DNA of 64,000 nucleotides from positions 71,610,001 through 71,674,000 of the forward strand of contig OZ024742.1 in NCBI GenBank assembly GCA_964016885.1, read 5' to 3'. Positions 27,085-41,159 of the stretch are shown piece by piece. Origin of the DNA: Eledone cirrhosa. Its lineage: Eukaryota. Made by a program: the position numbers and the translations under genes. The notes below the pieces were generated by a model. It saw nothing but the letters and a program-made list of their open reading frames with translations. It made no database searches and was not told where the DNA came from. Position 1 is the first letter of the stretch; every line of letters starts with the position of its first letter.

Positions 27085-27662
27085 AGTACCAACACCAAAC
27101 TAGAACTCCATCCACAAAAATCCTTGCTCTGTGTTTGGTGGAACATGAAAGTTATTGTCCATTATGAGCTACTGGAACATGGAAGGACCGTCAATGGAGA
27201 TGTCTGTTGCCAGCAACTTGATTGTGTAAATGAAAAATTACGTCGAAAGTGGCCTGCTTTGGTAACAGAAAAGTTATTATTCTCCAGCAAAACAATGCAA
27301 ATCCACACTCTGCAAAACAAACCCCTCCAAAAAATAAATCATTATGATAGTAAGTTCTTCCACATCCTTCATACTCACCTGACTTAATACCTACACATTT
27401 CCATCTGTTCCCATCATTAGAATATGTTATAAAACATTCAGAAACGCAGAGGAAATTGAAAACAGTCTCTCAGACTTTTATTTCAGGAAAAGAAATAGGT
27501 TTCTTTGAAGGTGTCATCAAAAAGTTGCCTTCCCGTTGGACTGCAGTCATTGAAAACGATGATGATTACATACTTGATTAAAATTATTCAGATGAATGTA
27601 GTTTATATTCACTTTTATATCCTTTCTGGAAAAATGCAATTACTTTCCAAACACCCGAATAT
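27085..27662 (+). mobile_element. Mariner transposon 3' fragment
   Basis: LHPQKILLCVWWNMK..HYELL...PHPSYSPDL; terminal tactttccaaacacccgaata. Confidence 0.85.
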
Positions 27663-27802
27663 ATTGATCTGAACAGTTTGCATCTAGCTGTCAAAATGGC
27701 TGGAGCTCAGCCTTTCGCAGTCCTGATTCTTTTCATATTACCCACTCTACAACCTCAAGAATCAAGTACTCTGGTGCTCTTACCACACCCTCTTTGTTAT
27801 TC

Positions 27803-27868
<66 letters not shown>

Positions 27869-28541
27869 TCAAAATGTTGGAAGAATAAGGATTTCTATAC
27901 AAATCATGTTCATCATCATACCTCCGCTTTTCCCTGCTTGCAAGGGTGGGACAATGTTATATAGGGAAAATGACAAAGATTTGAAAAAGAGCACCTAATA
28001 TATTTTGATTTTATATATGTCACAAAAACATTTTTGTATATCAAAAAGAGGTTTTTCTACTTTTATTCTCATGAATATAAGAAAGACAGAAATGCAAAAA
28101 TATGTACAAATCAAACTAATATAAAAGAAACAGTGTTCAACTTATGATTAAAGGCAAGTTGGTCACCTGGGAGAAAATAAATATATATATTTCAATTTGT
28201 AAGTTACAAGCATCAATATGGCTATGAAAAATAATTCAAGTTGGGTATATAAACTCTATAGATGTAAAAAATTCATACTCCACTACCCATGGGACTTGAA
28301 CCCACATCTGCCATTTACTGTTTCACTGTGCTAGCCATTGCAGTTTTTTTTTTGTTTTTGTCTCCAGGGTGTTTATACCAAACCCATTAGGCTAATTTTC
28401 ATAGTTAAAAAATGCTGATGCTTCTAACTTACAAATTCGAACTTCCTCTTGCTCAATGGATCTAAGAATAAATTGTTTATAAATATATATGTTATCTGTC
28501 ACGTGCAGGCATTAATGTGACTCCATTATATATATTTTCAG

Positions 28542-28668
28542 GCCACAGTGAAGGATTTATTCCCAAATAAAAAATATTCGTTAAAAGTTGCTGGCCATAC
28601 AAAAAGTATTTTTTCACAGATGACCCATGTTGGCAATTTTTCCAAAGTGGAGTATTTTGAGCTTAAAG
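28542..28668 (+). CDS. Ptp99A: Ptp99A-like exon f; second half of FN3 repeat 3
   Basis: ttttcag| ... |gtaaga; ATVKDLFPNKKYSLKVAGHTKSIFSQMTHVGNFSKVEYFELK (LxPxxxY motif); phase 0 to phase 1. Confidence 0.9.
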
Positions 28669-30059
28669 GTAAGATCCTTCATCTCTGTTGTCTTCTATCT
28701 TTCTACCCATACCACACTCTAACCACACCTCACTCTTCTCCACCCTCAACCCACCCTAACTATACCTCACTATTCTCCACCCTCACCACATCTCACTATT
28801 CCCAACCCCCACCACACCCTAACCTTAACACCTCACTCTTCTACACCCTCACCCATCCAAACCACACCTCACACTTCTACACCATCACTCTACCCTAACC
28901 ATACCCCACTCTTCACCCTCCATCCATTTTATTTTATTTTCAGCAGTTGGTGGTGGTGGGGGGGTATATATTGTTATCTTGAACCTCTGTAGAATAATAT
29001 CCTTGTGAAATTGAGTATTTCACAAACATGTGTACCCTTAACATAGTTCTGGTCCTTTGAACTACTGGTACTGCTACTTTTTTACACCTGAGTAGACTGG
29101 AACACAGTGAAATAAAGGGTCTTACTCAAGGACAACCTTCTGCCAAGAATCGAACTCACAACCTTACGATCCTGAGCCAAACACTCTAACTACTAAACTA
29201 TGTGTCATCACACACCCACACACATATACAAATATGTGTTATATTATCCATGCAAGGATGTAAATTAGATGTAAAACAGTGATGATGATGATGACCCAAT
29301 ATTCTATATACCGCTTGTACTAGAGGCCATTCTCTTAATCTACTGTCAACTGGAGGGTTTGACAAATCATTATAAATGTTTTATAGTTTTGACTTTTTAA
29401 GCATTTCATGTTTTCCTTACTCTTTATTTTAAAACTCAGTATTATGACCCAAACCCATATCTATCTTAGTCTTAGTCAATGTTGAAGGCTTTCAGATTGT
29501 CTTGAAATGTCCACTTTCAGGTGATCTTTGATCTGCCCCTTTTCCATTTGCTTCCAGAAAGAGTCCGAGACATTGTCATTTTTGAGTGCCACTGATAAGG
29601 TAGATGTGGAAGTTGAAGAATATTAATATTAACAGTTTAACTTATTTTTGCATTAACAAATAGTTTTGTAGCTGTAAATAGGGCTAGTTCTTTCAGATAT
29701 CATTAAAATATAAGTGAAATTTGAAATGGTGAATAGGCATTTTAAGAACAAGTGGTGTTATATTAACTATTGTAACATACAATAACATGGTGACTGATTG
29801 AGCTGTATCGTCGGCTACAACAGAATTGATAGTTTGTTGTTTGTAAGCAGTGTTCTTGGTATCTACTATTACTACAGAATCAATATGAATATCACTCTGG
29901 TATTTCTGCAACTGGGATGAAGTTTGCTTGGGGTTAAGCAGAGGTATTCATCTGGTTTATATGCTAGGAATTGATACAACAGTTCCTCTGATATAGTAGT
30001 TGAAGAGTGAGGTCGGTCAGTCATCATGTTGTCATTACATGTTAAAATAGTTAATATAA

Positions 30060-31980
30060 CATCACATGTTCTTAAAATGCCAGTTCCATTTCAAATTCCA
30101 TTTGTGTTTTAACAGCCATGAAGTTGTAAGGTTTACATTATATATAATTTAGACCTATTCCTTTTCTACATATCAAGCAAGGCCACTTCCCTGATGGGAC
30201 CAGCATTATGTCTTCTTTCCTACTTTCTAAAACTTTGGTCTTTGCTAAAATTACTCTGGGCTCATTTAATTCTAAGTTCTGTTTCAACAACTGGAATTTC
30301 TTCTCTACCTCTTCCACAGATTCAGCTATAAGAACAAAGTTCCCATGAACAGCCAGTCTTAAACTCCTCTGTTATGGCCTGGAGAACTATAATAAACAGA
30401 AGTGGGCTGAGGATTGTGCTCTGATGAACTCATACTTGCACATAGAATTCCTCACCTAAACACATTACCTACTCTCACTTTACTGACAGCTTCTTTCCTT
30501 AAGGACCACCAGATGACATATCATGGTACTCTGTCAAAGGCCTTCTCTAGCTAAATATAGAGGCTTACACTTAGCTAAGAACATCTTGTAGTTGTATCAC
30601 TCAGTGGAGGACATCTGTGGTACGCCTTGGCATAAAACCAAATTGCATCTCATCTAATTCAACAATTTCCCTAATTTGCTGTGCTGAAACTCTTTCTGTC
30701 ACTTTCATCATAACTAGGTCCATTAGTTTTATGCCCCTGTAGTTGCCCCTTTCTGGTCTATCACTTCTTCCCTTGAAACAATTATTGAGTATACTTCTAT
30801 GCCAGTCATTCAGTATGATTCCATTATATATTACTTAATTGACTATACAGGTGACTAATTTGACTTGTACTTTCCCAGCAAAAATCTCTGATGGACCAGT
30901 GGCTTTACCATTATTCATCTCCTTGAGTGCTTCTTTGACCTTATAACTTTCAATTTCAATAGTTTGTCTCTCTCTATTGGGTTAGTTGGAGGCAATCTCT
31001 CTCTTCCTCCCACTTATTCTCCATAGTAGCATTTCCAGACCCTTCTCTTTTGAATGGCAGTGATGCTAGGTGCACCAGTGTCATTTAGAACACACTTTAC
31101 CCCAACAACTTCCTGTTTCACACTGATACACTGCTTTGCAGTGCAGAACACCTCATGCCTCTGATCCTCATGTAGCAAGGCATTGGCAAACTTCCTACTT
31201 TCACCTTCTTTGCATGCTATATAAACTTATTTAGTTTTTCTTGATCTTTGCTACCCCAATTTTGCCAGTCTTTCTACACCTGTCTCTTGGCTTTAACAGC
31301 TCTATATAGTGTGCTGTCTCATCACCAGTTCACCCTGTCTGGCTGGTGTTTTGCTCCAGCCACAAGTCTTATCAGTAGCCTGCAATAGGCTGTCCCGCGG
31401 GAACTTCAATTATCTTTTATGTCATATGTATCTGACTCCTCCCTCTCATCCTATACATCATGTAGAACTTTCTTGAACCTCTGCTTAACTGAAAGGTCTT
31501 TTAGCTTCTAAACTTTCCTTCTCCAGATTTTCCTATATTGTTTCTTCTGTCTTGTACTTTTTCTGAAGCCAATAATAACTAACTTATGTTGGGCAGCACA
31601 TTCTTCTTTGGGGAAGGACTTAACATTTATACCCATCCATCTGTCCAGTTTTCTCACAAGTAAAAAGTCAATCTGGCGTGTGTGTTTGCGAGATTGGAAG
31701 GTGATCATTTGGCTAGTAGGTTTCCTGAAGTCAGTGCTGCAAATGATTAGTTCATTTGCATTACAGAATTCTAGGAGCCTTGCTTCCTCAACATTTCTCA
31801 AACCATAACCAAAGTCACCATATACTCAAGTGTAGCCATCCATGAAAGTCACCAGCTAGAACAGTGTCTCTGTCATCTGTAAAAGTTCTTTGTAGAAATG
31901 GTCCTTTTGATCTTTACTTAGACCTGACTGAAGTGTATATTTAGAGATAATTGTAGTCAATCTATTGCCTAAGCTACTCC
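30060..31980 (-). mobile_element. Old, heavily decayed RTE LINE (APE and RT remnants)
   Basis: LLEFCNANELIICSTDFRK...QIDFLL...QHKLV; RT remnants homologous to the 17770 copy. Confidence 0.8.
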
Positions 31981-32299
31981 CCCTCTAAAGCCCTTAGATA
32001 CCCTCACTATTGCACCTTAGTAGCTATTCTCTCTACACACTGTGCACCTCCTCCACTACCACTCCTTAGTTATTTTCTCCATCACTGAACCCCACCCCAC
32101 ACACTATTGACCACTCCATCCATACACTCCACATCCCCTTCACCTTACATTACATTCGCCATGCACACTTAATTTCAAATTGCACCAGACTTGCCATACA
32201 CCCATAACTTCACACCTATTTCCATTCTCGAACACACCCCCAAACCTCACAGAACAAAGAGGGCTCTTCAATTAGGACTATGATCAACAACCTCTCTAA

Positions 32300-32890
32300 T
32301 GACGGTGCTACAAAATGCGCCCAATACACTCTGTAGGGTGTTGGCAAAAGGAAGAGCACCCTGCTGTAGAAACTATACTTAAAGGGGTTGAGTGGACCAC
32401 TCAGTTGTGCTAGCGCCATGACAACCTCTCTAGTGTTGGTGATCTACACGATAAACACACCCAGTATATACTGTAAAGTAGTTGGTGATAGAAAGGACAT
32501 CCAACCATAGAAAACTTAACAAACAAAGGGTTGGGAAGACCCTTCAGTTGTATCAAGTACATGATAACCTCCCTAGTGTTGTGATCTGCACAATAAATGC
32601 ACCCAATACATCCTGTAAAGTGGCTGATGATAAGGAGGGCATCCAGCCATAGAAAGCTTGCCAAACAAAGGGTTGGAAGAATCTTTCAGTTGTATCAAAA
32701 TTATAACAACTTCACTAGTACTAGTGTTATAAAATACGTTAGTAGAATGTGGAACCATTTGTCAGTATGATGAGAATCCTTGGCCTATCTGGGAGATCAG
32801 TACCCCTGCTTCAGTACTGACTCAGTCTGTGAAGACCTATCCAACCCTTGCTAGCAAGGAAATTGGACGATAAATGATGATGATGATGAT
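32300..32890 (+). repeat. Tandem amplification of an about 125-bp SINE/RTE-tail unit ending in (ATG)n
   Basis: Repeated cacccaatacactctgtaaagt...ggaagggcatccagccatagaaa...ttcagttgt; single related unit at 25790-26030. Confidence 0.7.
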
Positions 32891-32942
32891 GTGTATATCT
32901 CTCTCTCTATATATATATCTAATCTATCTATCTATATAATAT

Positions 32943-33128
32943 AATTGTTTCTACTTTTTGGCACAAGGCCAGCAATTACCCAGTACATTACTGGTACTTT
33001 ACTTTATCGACCCCGTAAGGATGAAAGGCAAAGTTAACCTCGGTGGGAATTGAACTCAGATCGTAAAGGGACGTAACTATGCTGGAAAGCATAGTCCAAC
33101 CCTCTACTGATACTGCCAATTCACCGCT
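32943..33128 (-). mobile_element. tRNA-derived MetaSINE-like SINE
   Basis: Minus strand: tggcagtatcagt...gagttcaattcc...aactttgcctttcatccttacggggtcgataaa; second copy at 52576-52770. Confidence 0.8.
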
Positions 33129-33134
33129 CACTTC

Positions 33135-36100
33135 TGCGTCGGATGAGAGAGCTGGCGGAGGATGCCCCAGCTGACAGCGCCCTCCTTCGACAGCTTTTCT
33201 TTTCAAGGCTGTCGCCCAGTGTTCAGGCGATTTTAGTGCCTATAATGGAAGCTACCTCAGTCGACCAGCTCGCGTCTTCGGCTGACAAAATTATGAGTTA
33301 CACCGGAAAGCCTGCCTCCTTTGCTACACTTCAGCTGCCGGCTGTGGTCTCTTCGTTCTCTCCAGCGGCTACCGTCCACACCGATCAGTCACTTGCGTCT
33401 GTGGCAATACTTCAAGCCATAGAGCAACTCACCAAAGAGGTGAGAAAATTGAGTACCTCCAGGGCTCAATCGCCCAGACGTCGCTTCCAGAGCTGTTCGC
33501 CCTCGCCACGCCACCGCCACACAAGCAAGCCCTGTTCGTTTTCCATCCAGGGAAACGTATTTCAGGAGACCTGAGCACGGCACAGTCTCCTCTGACACTC
33601 CCAAATAATCATGCGTTCTTCATAACAGACACGGATTCCCAAGTACGTTGTTTGGTTGACACAGGTGCCGCTTGCAGCATATGGCCGTTAAAGCTTCTCA
33701 AAGAGAAGCCACCACTTTCACCCATATCTCTGCAAGCTGTAAATCATTCACCGATCCCCACGTACGGTCAAATTTCTCGTTCTTTGAACCTGGAATTGCG
33801 CAGAGACTTCACGTGGATATTCACTGTCGCCGATCTGCCTTACCCTATTCTAGGCTCAGATTTCCTGCACCACTATAACCTTTTAGTGGTTATGTGCAGA
33901 CGCCAGTTGTTGGATGCGAACACGGAACTGTCCGTCCCGGGTATGGGATCGACTGTCTCGCCTATCAGCCCGGTTTTCTTTATCGCCGCTTCAGAAGATC
34001 CTTTTCAGGCACTGTTACATTCCTTCCCAGAATTGACCAATTTAAATTTTGTGATGAGTAAGCCTACTCACTCAATAAAACACTACATTGAGACATCTGG
34101 TGCTCCTGTGTTTTCACACCCTCGCCGCCTCCCTGCGGAGAAATTGAAAGTGGCAAAAACTGAATTCAACCACATGCTGCAGCTCGGGATCATATGCTCA
34201 TCCTCAAGTTCGTGGGCCGCTCCTTTGCATTTGGTTCCGAAGCGTTCCGGTGATTGGCGTCCCACTGGGGACTTTCGCCGGTTAAACGCAATGACGGTAC
34301 CCAATCGCTACCCGATCCCACACATACAAGATTTCGCATCTTTGCTTCATGGATGTAAGACATTCTCCAAATTGGATTTGGTCAAGGCTTACCACCAGAT
34401 TCCAATGAACCCGGCAGATATACCTAAAACTGCCGTAACAACTCCTTTCGGAGCGTTCGAATTTCTGACTATGCCTTTCGGTTTGTGAAACGCAGCCAGT
34501 ACTTTCCAACGTTTCATGGATTAAGTTGTGCACGATTTGGACTTCATGTATAACTACATTGATGACATTCTCGTAGCAAGTGCCTCACTCGAGGAACATG
34601 TCACTCACCTCCGTCTACTGTTTGAGCGGTTTCAGCAGTATCAGGTGCGAATCAACCCGACGAAATGTGTTTTCGGTGCGTCTTCACTTGTCTTCTTGAG
34701 CCACGTTATCAGCCCTGAGGGAATCTCACCACTACCTGACAAAGTGAAAGCTCTGCAAGACCTTCACCCACCCACTTCACTTCGACAGCTACATTTCCTT
34801 GGTCTGCTGAACTACTACAGACGTTTTATCCCACACTGTACGGATCTCCTGTCTGACCTGTTACGTAACAGGAAAAAGAAAAGGAATCAATCACACTGGA
34901 CACGAGTCAGCTAAAAGCCTTCAACGAAGTGAAGCAGAAACTTGCGGAGACATCGTTACTTGCACATCCTGTGTCTGGTGCCCAGTTTTCCCTGGTCGTT
35001 GATGCATCGGGCACAGCTGTAGGTGCAGTGTTGCAACAGCACCACCAACAACAATTACAACCTCTCGCGTACTTCTCGAGACAACTGAAACCTGCAGAAA
35101 CAAGATATAGCACATTCAGCCGTGAACTCCTGGCTATGTACCTTTCAGTGAAACACTTTCGGTATGCACTGGAGGGTCGACAATTTGCGATCTACACCGA
35201 TCATCGTCCGCTTATGTTCGCACTGCGTTCTAAGCCGGATAAATATTCACCTCGCGAAACTCGTCATTTGGACTTCGCTTCGCAATTTACCAGCGATATC
35301 CGACACATCTCCGGTGAACAGAATGCGGCGGCAGATGCCTTGTCTCACCTCCCAATCAATTCCCTGTCATCACCTTCGGATATTGACCTTCAACGGATGG
35401 CCACAGAACAGCCACCTCTGGATACCTTGGATCTCTCGTCGCCTGAATTTGCAACTGGCAAATTTTCATATCTACCTGTGCCCACTTCGGACACACAGAT
35501 TATTTGCGACACCTCGACAGATTCACCTCGTCCCCTAGTTCCAGTGACTCATCGTCGAGCTGTTTTCGATACCTTGCACGGTCTGGCACACCCCGGAATC
35601 TCGACCGCAGTGAAGCTCATTTCGGCTAGATTCTTCTGGCCGAATATGAGGCGTGACATCACTGCCTGGACACGTTCCTGCTTGTCCTGCCAGAAGTCAA
35701 AGGTGCACAAACACATCCGCGCACCTCTCGGAACTTTCAGCACTCCAGACGCTTGGTTCAGTCATGTCCATATAGATCTCGTTGGACCATGGCCGGTCAG
35801 CCAAGGATTTACATATCTCCTGACCTGTATAGATCGTTTCACACGTTGGCCTGAGGCCATTCCTTTAAGTGACATTCCAGTGGAATCTGTATCGCGAGCC
35901 CTAGTATCGGGTTGGATATCGCATTACGGAGTTCCAACCACTGTCACCACGGAGACCGTGGTGGACAGTTTGAATCCCATCTCTTCCGAGAACTTTCAAG
36001 GATCCTAGGAATTAAGCGCATCCGAACGACTAGCTATCATCCAGCCTCGAACGGTATGATAGAACGCTTCCTCCGCCAATTGAAAGCTGCATTGCGCGCT

Positions 36101-36715
36101 TATCCGGATCAACAGCAATGGAGCGAGTATGTACCAATTGTCCTTCTTGGCTGTCGTGCAGCTATCAAGGAGGATCTAGGATACTCCCCAGCCGAACTCG
36201 TTGACGGAGTACCATTATCTTTGCCGGGTCAGATGTTGACCCCAATGGATTTGCCTGAAACAGATCCAGCTCTATGCGGACAGACTGCGATCTTATTTTG
36301 ACAATCTTCCGCCTATGAACCCTCGGCAACAGACAATAAAGTCTTCGGTCCCGAAAGACATTGCTTCGTGGACCCACGTCTTTCTACGGAAGGACGCCGT
36401 GAGAGCTCCTCTCACGTCGCCTTATACCGGTTCTTATCGTGTGCTTGCACGCACAGATAAACTGTTCACTCTGGACATTGGTGTTAAAAAAGAGACTGTA
36501 TCCATCGATAGGGTGAAACGGGCCTTTACAGGCACTCTCACACAAGAGCCCCTTATTCCCCCTACATATACTCTGCATCAGCCAACACACGCTACACATG
36601 CAACATTGCACACACCTTCTCCACCTACACTTACATATGTCACCACCACACGTAGTGGTCGGCGAGTACATTGGCCCAAGAAGCTTTGCAAGACTCTATA
36701 TATATGAACTATGCT
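33135..36715 (+). mobile_element. Gypsy (Ty3) LTR retrotransposon internal region, 5'-truncated pseudogene: gag C-terminus, PR, RT, RNase H, IN
   Basis: LVDTGA protease; [21 protein letters not shown]; VDASGTAVGAVL; HGLAHPG..CLSCQ; HIDLVGP, DRGGQF, NGMIERF; RT-RH-IN order; stops and frameshifts. Confidence 0.95.
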
Positions 36716-36981
36716 ATATAGAGCAAGCTTTTTGAGTTCTTGTCCTCTCTTGTATTTATATTAAATGCATTAATTAATGTGAACTTTGGACTATTTCTGC
36801 TGCTCAGTTTTTTTTTTGTTTTCCTCTTTTTCTCTGAAGCAAAACGCAGACATTCCTGTGAAATGAATATTTAGTTTTCTGTGAATTGATATTGTTTATT
36901 ATATATTTACTGTTATATTTTTTTTTCTTTCTTGCAACTGCTACCCTTTTTTCTCTGTCGGCTTTAAGCCTAAGCAGGGGG

Positions 36982-37358
36982 TGATGAAGCAGTAAATAAA
37001 TATATACTTACTTTGTAATTAAATGTATTTTCCTTCTGCGGAAGAATTATGTTACGGAGGTAAATTGGCTGAAGTGTGAGCCAATCAAAACCTTCAGCAG
37101 AGCGATACGAGTTACTGGACTACTTAGACCAGATAACGTAAGTGAACTCAGAAAGAATTGAGTCTCCGGAAATACTTGCTCACGTCAATTCTTCGATACA
37201 GATCAACCATTTCTTGTCGTTATACCAATTCCATGCTTATACCACAAATAAATGGAATTACATATTTATAATGGATTTCATCGTTATTTTATGCCTTCTG
37301 AATCTACTAACACTTGCAGCGACATATAATCTTCATTATAAAGGCGCCTGATATCTCA
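36982..37358 (+). mobile_element. Probable LTR of the Gypsy element
   Basis: Follows polypurine tract aagcaggggg (36972-36981); TG...CA ends; followed by PBS-like tggtgac; no 5' LTR available for comparison. Confidence 0.55.
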
Positions 37359-37384
37359 ATGGTGACAGGTACAAAGACAAAGCG

Positions 37385-37780
37385 GCTGGACAAGCCTCAG
37401 TATTTGCTCATCTTCCTGTCTTCTGTATTGTTGGCTGCAATACCAGGGTTTGTGGCTGAAGTGACTAGGTTGGAGGCGGAGAACATGTCACAGCATGTTG
37501 CATCCCACATAAGAGATTTACCTCCTTCGAATGGGAAGAAGGTAATTCTGTCAGGGCGCTTGCCATCTCCATGTTTGAGGCCTACTGTCTCAAGTTGTAA
37601 CAGGAAGCCTGCTGCGTCTAGGCTCCTTCTCATTATGTCATTCAGCACGATGTGTTGGGGATCTGGCCTGCATTCTGGCAGCATAATAGTGGGTGCAGGC
37701 TCAACTTGTAAACATTTTACAACATTGTATCGTACAACCAGACGCGGTTTCAGGTGGTTTGGTATCGAATGGGTCAATGG
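37385..37780 (-). mobile_element. CRE-like non-LTR retrotransposon C-terminal fragment (restriction-like endonuclease)
   Basis: QHIVLNDIMRRSL...DGKRPDRITFFPFEGGKSLMWDATCCD...AANNTEDRKMSKY. Confidence 0.75.
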
Positions 37781-38447
37781 ATTAATTTACTAATCACTAC
37801 CCTTGCAAGCAGGGAATAGTGGACGTAAAATGATGATGATGATGATTATACAACAGTTAATAATTAATGTTAGTTCTTTTTTTTTTAATCAACATTTTAT
37901 TTGTGATATTGTCGGCTGAAATTTCTCCAAACACAACCTATTTTTATAGCTTTTAACATTCATCCTACACTCATACAAGTGCTTAACACGTTTTTCTTTT
38001 TTTCTTTAGGATTTCATTTGCAAAGTTAAGAAGAGAGTAATTTGAGGTGAAATTATAGATTTTGTGAGAAATACTACACCATACAATATCTATTAAAGTC
38101 CATGTCCTCTTCTACATTGCTTCTTTCGTACAACTCTATACTATTCTATAGAGGTTCTTTATACCATTCTCTTAACCCCTTAAACCCATTTTATGGCCCT
38201 TGTTTCCATGTATAATATAAGAATTTTGTTGTTTCCTTTCTATTTATTGTTACACACCATGGTTTACATTTAATATTCTGCTGTCGTTTTTTGTCTTTAA
38301 AACTTTTCACCATATTTTTTTTGTTTTGCTTTTTTATCTTTGTTTTCTATTTTTTTCTTCTAATATTATTATTATTATTATTTATTCCATTCATTGTTCC
38401 TTTCATCCATTCACCTATCGTTGATTGTTAATTTCTTCACCGTGTAG

Positions 38448-38498
38448 GTGATAGGGGCTCCAGAGATAAGGAAATCATTGCATTTGGAAAACATCAAG
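38448..38498 (+). CDS. Candidate 51-nt cassette exon in the extracellular stalk of the Ptp99A-like gene
   Basis: Preceded by a long T-rich tract and cgtgtag|; open in the phase-1 frame (GDRGSRDKEIIAFGKHQ); symmetric phase 1/1; donor AAG|gttatt is weak. Confidence 0.35.
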
Positions 38499-39392
38499 GT
38501 ATTATTCTGTTGTCCTAACTTCTCATCTATCTCTGTTTTACTCCTTGTTGTCTGGTCAATTGTTGTGCTCCGTGCTGCTCTGTCTAATGACAAATGTTTA
38601 TTTTCGGGCATGTCTTGTATGTTGTAAATCTGTTTTGGAAGTCGAATACTACTACTCCTACAACTATTACTACTACTACTACTCCTATTACTACTACTCT
38701 ATTGCTGTTGTTGCTACTGCTACTACTATTGTATTTGTTGTTGTTGCTATAACTACTACTACTTTTACTACTATTAGTACTTAATCTACAGTCAGCTCCA
38801 ATATGTGTGTTTATATTCAGTGGTAGCTTTATATATATTTAAGGGAAGTGTTATATTTTATGGTTGGGTGCTAATCATGTTGAATTATGGATGAGATAAC
38901 TGTATGTTCAAATCATGCCATAATTATTGGTGTGTCTTTGAGTAAGATGCATAATCCTTTTTGCTCTAGAATAGACACAAAACACTGACTTCACTCACTC
39001 CTACTTCACAGTTGAGTGGTTGGTGAGAATGACATCCACCTTTGAAAGAAACAATAGCTTCCACAAATAAACCAGTTTACTCCTGTAAACATGGAAACAT
39101 CAATGAGAAGTTTATATATATAATTTCAGATGGGTGAGATGATTATGTATTGGAGAACTAGTTGAGGGGCTGCATTGTTAATTCTTAACATCCTGTAATA
39201 ATTTAGAGAAAATGTCTTGAAAAGAGTGTTTTTAAATCAAATGTTTATAGAATCTGTACTATTATATATGCTTTCATATACACTTCTAATAAATATATAT
39301 ATATATATCATGGTCACCCAATCAATCTTGCCTCAATTGTGACAATTCTCATCTAACCCATGTTAGCATGGAAGATAGACATTTAATGATGA

Positions 39393-39466
<74 letters not shown>

Positions 39467-40204
39467 TACATACATACACTCTAACAAATGCAAAATATTT
39501 CAATACTGTTATAGAGAAAGTGAGAAAAATATTAAAATGTTGTCTGTATATAAGATGATGATAATGATAATATATATATATGCACAAACACACTCACAGA
39601 CACACAATTACAAATGTATATTTTGATACTGTTCTAGAGAAATTGGGAAAATGTTCAAATGTATGTGTGTCATCATAATCATCATCATATGTCTGTTTTG
39701 CCATGATTACATGGGTTGCGCGTGCCTTTTCCAGCACAGTCCCCCCCCCCCCCCTCACTTACTGCATTCCCATTTCCTCTATGAGGTTCAGTGGTTTGAG
39801 AACTACTCTTACCACTTCTGGCCAGTTTTTCCTTGGTCTTCCTCTACTGCAGCTGCATTCCACTTATATATATATATATATATAGATAGATAGATAAATG
39901 TTTGTGTTATGGATTTGTGTAATAAACACACTAAAACATGCACTGAATTAAGGACTCATATACACTGTGTTGAGTCCATTTAATAAATACTTTAGTAAGC
40001 CATCAACATCAGAAATACTTTGAAATAAGTCACCTGTAGCAACAATGATGAAGCAATCAAGTAGAAACTTTGAAGTCACTGCCACTCTTCTGTTTAGGAA
40101 ATAAATTTCTACGCTGTACCCACCACTATTGAATGCTCAATCAGTTAAGTTTTTAAATCCTACTGTATTTTGGCAACACATTGTATATATATATATATAT
40201 ATAT

Positions 40205-40462
40205 AACAAATGAGATCGTGTAGGTGTCACGACAAAAAACACACAGTCCACGCTGTAATGTGGCCGTGTAGGCAACACGGTAAAAACCTCCCAGACCCAC
40301 ACTGTAAATGTGGTTGGTGTTAGGAAGGGCATCCAACTGTAGAAAACCTGCCAGACAGTCCTATGCGAGCAAGACAATCACTCTTGCCTCAAGTGGGAAA
40401 AGCCCCGTCCAAACCCATGCAAGCGTGGAACATGGACGTTAAACGTTGATGATGATGATGAT
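40205..40462 (+). mobile_element. RTE 3' UTR/tail copy
   Basis: Near-identical reverse complement of 14705-14945; ends in (ATG)n. Confidence 0.85.
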
Positions 40463-40539
40463 AACGAAGAATGGTTTTCTGAAGGGGATCAGGAAGAAAC
40501 CACAGTTAAATAAGGTACTCAATGCATTAGAAAAAAAGA

Positions 40540-40672
40540 TATATATTTTTTATATAAATTACTTCTACATGACTAGAACTGTTTCATTCATTTAAAGCCA
40601 TCAGGTTCCTGATAATTTCAAATAAATGAAACAGTTCTAGTCTTGTAGAAGTCATTTCTATAAGAAATATAT
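40540..40672. repeat. Foldback made of two head-to-head degenerate hammerhead-like units
   Basis: Arms are reverse complements; each reads cCTGAT(GG/AA)...aatGAAACAGTTCTAGTC outward from the centre. Confidence 0.6.
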
Positions 40673-40892
40673 GTGTGTGTGTTATGATTGAATACCATCA
40701 ATAACAGTTTAGCATCTATGAATGGAAATTATATCAAATAAGCTATCACTGAGTTTTAAGGCCACATTAAAAAAGCTAACTGAGGTTTACCAACAGAAAG
40801 ACTGTGTTGTCCTACTCATCATCAGCACTTTTGCACTGCCACAGCTGTATAAATGTAGTGTATATACATGAGATAAATGCTTGTATTTAAAG

Positions 40893-41159
40893 TAGTGTTT
40901 CTCAACCTTTTTACCTTTGTGGAATCCTTGAAATAGTTTTCATGTCTCAGGGAAGAACTGCTTAAAAATAATTATATACTATTAATAACTATCTCTTTCA
41001 TATTTTTATTGTAGTTCATGTTTTAAACATAATATATTTTTTCGGATAACTGGTTTAAGGAAAAAATGGCCCCTATAATTCTCAAATTTATTATCACTGT
41101 TTCTCGCAGAACCGCTAGCGATCACTAGGGTTCTGAGGAACACCGGTTGAGAAATGCTG
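40893..41159. mobile_element. hAT (Charlie-like) MITE
   Basis: TIRs tagtgtttctcaacc / ggttgagaaatgctg; 8-bp TSD atttaaag / atttaatg; related end at about 5145. Confidence 0.8.

Noticed and set aside
38010-38046. Possible exon after tttctttag
   Set aside because: Stop codon after six codons in the required phase; could only be a terminal or poison exon and nothing supports that
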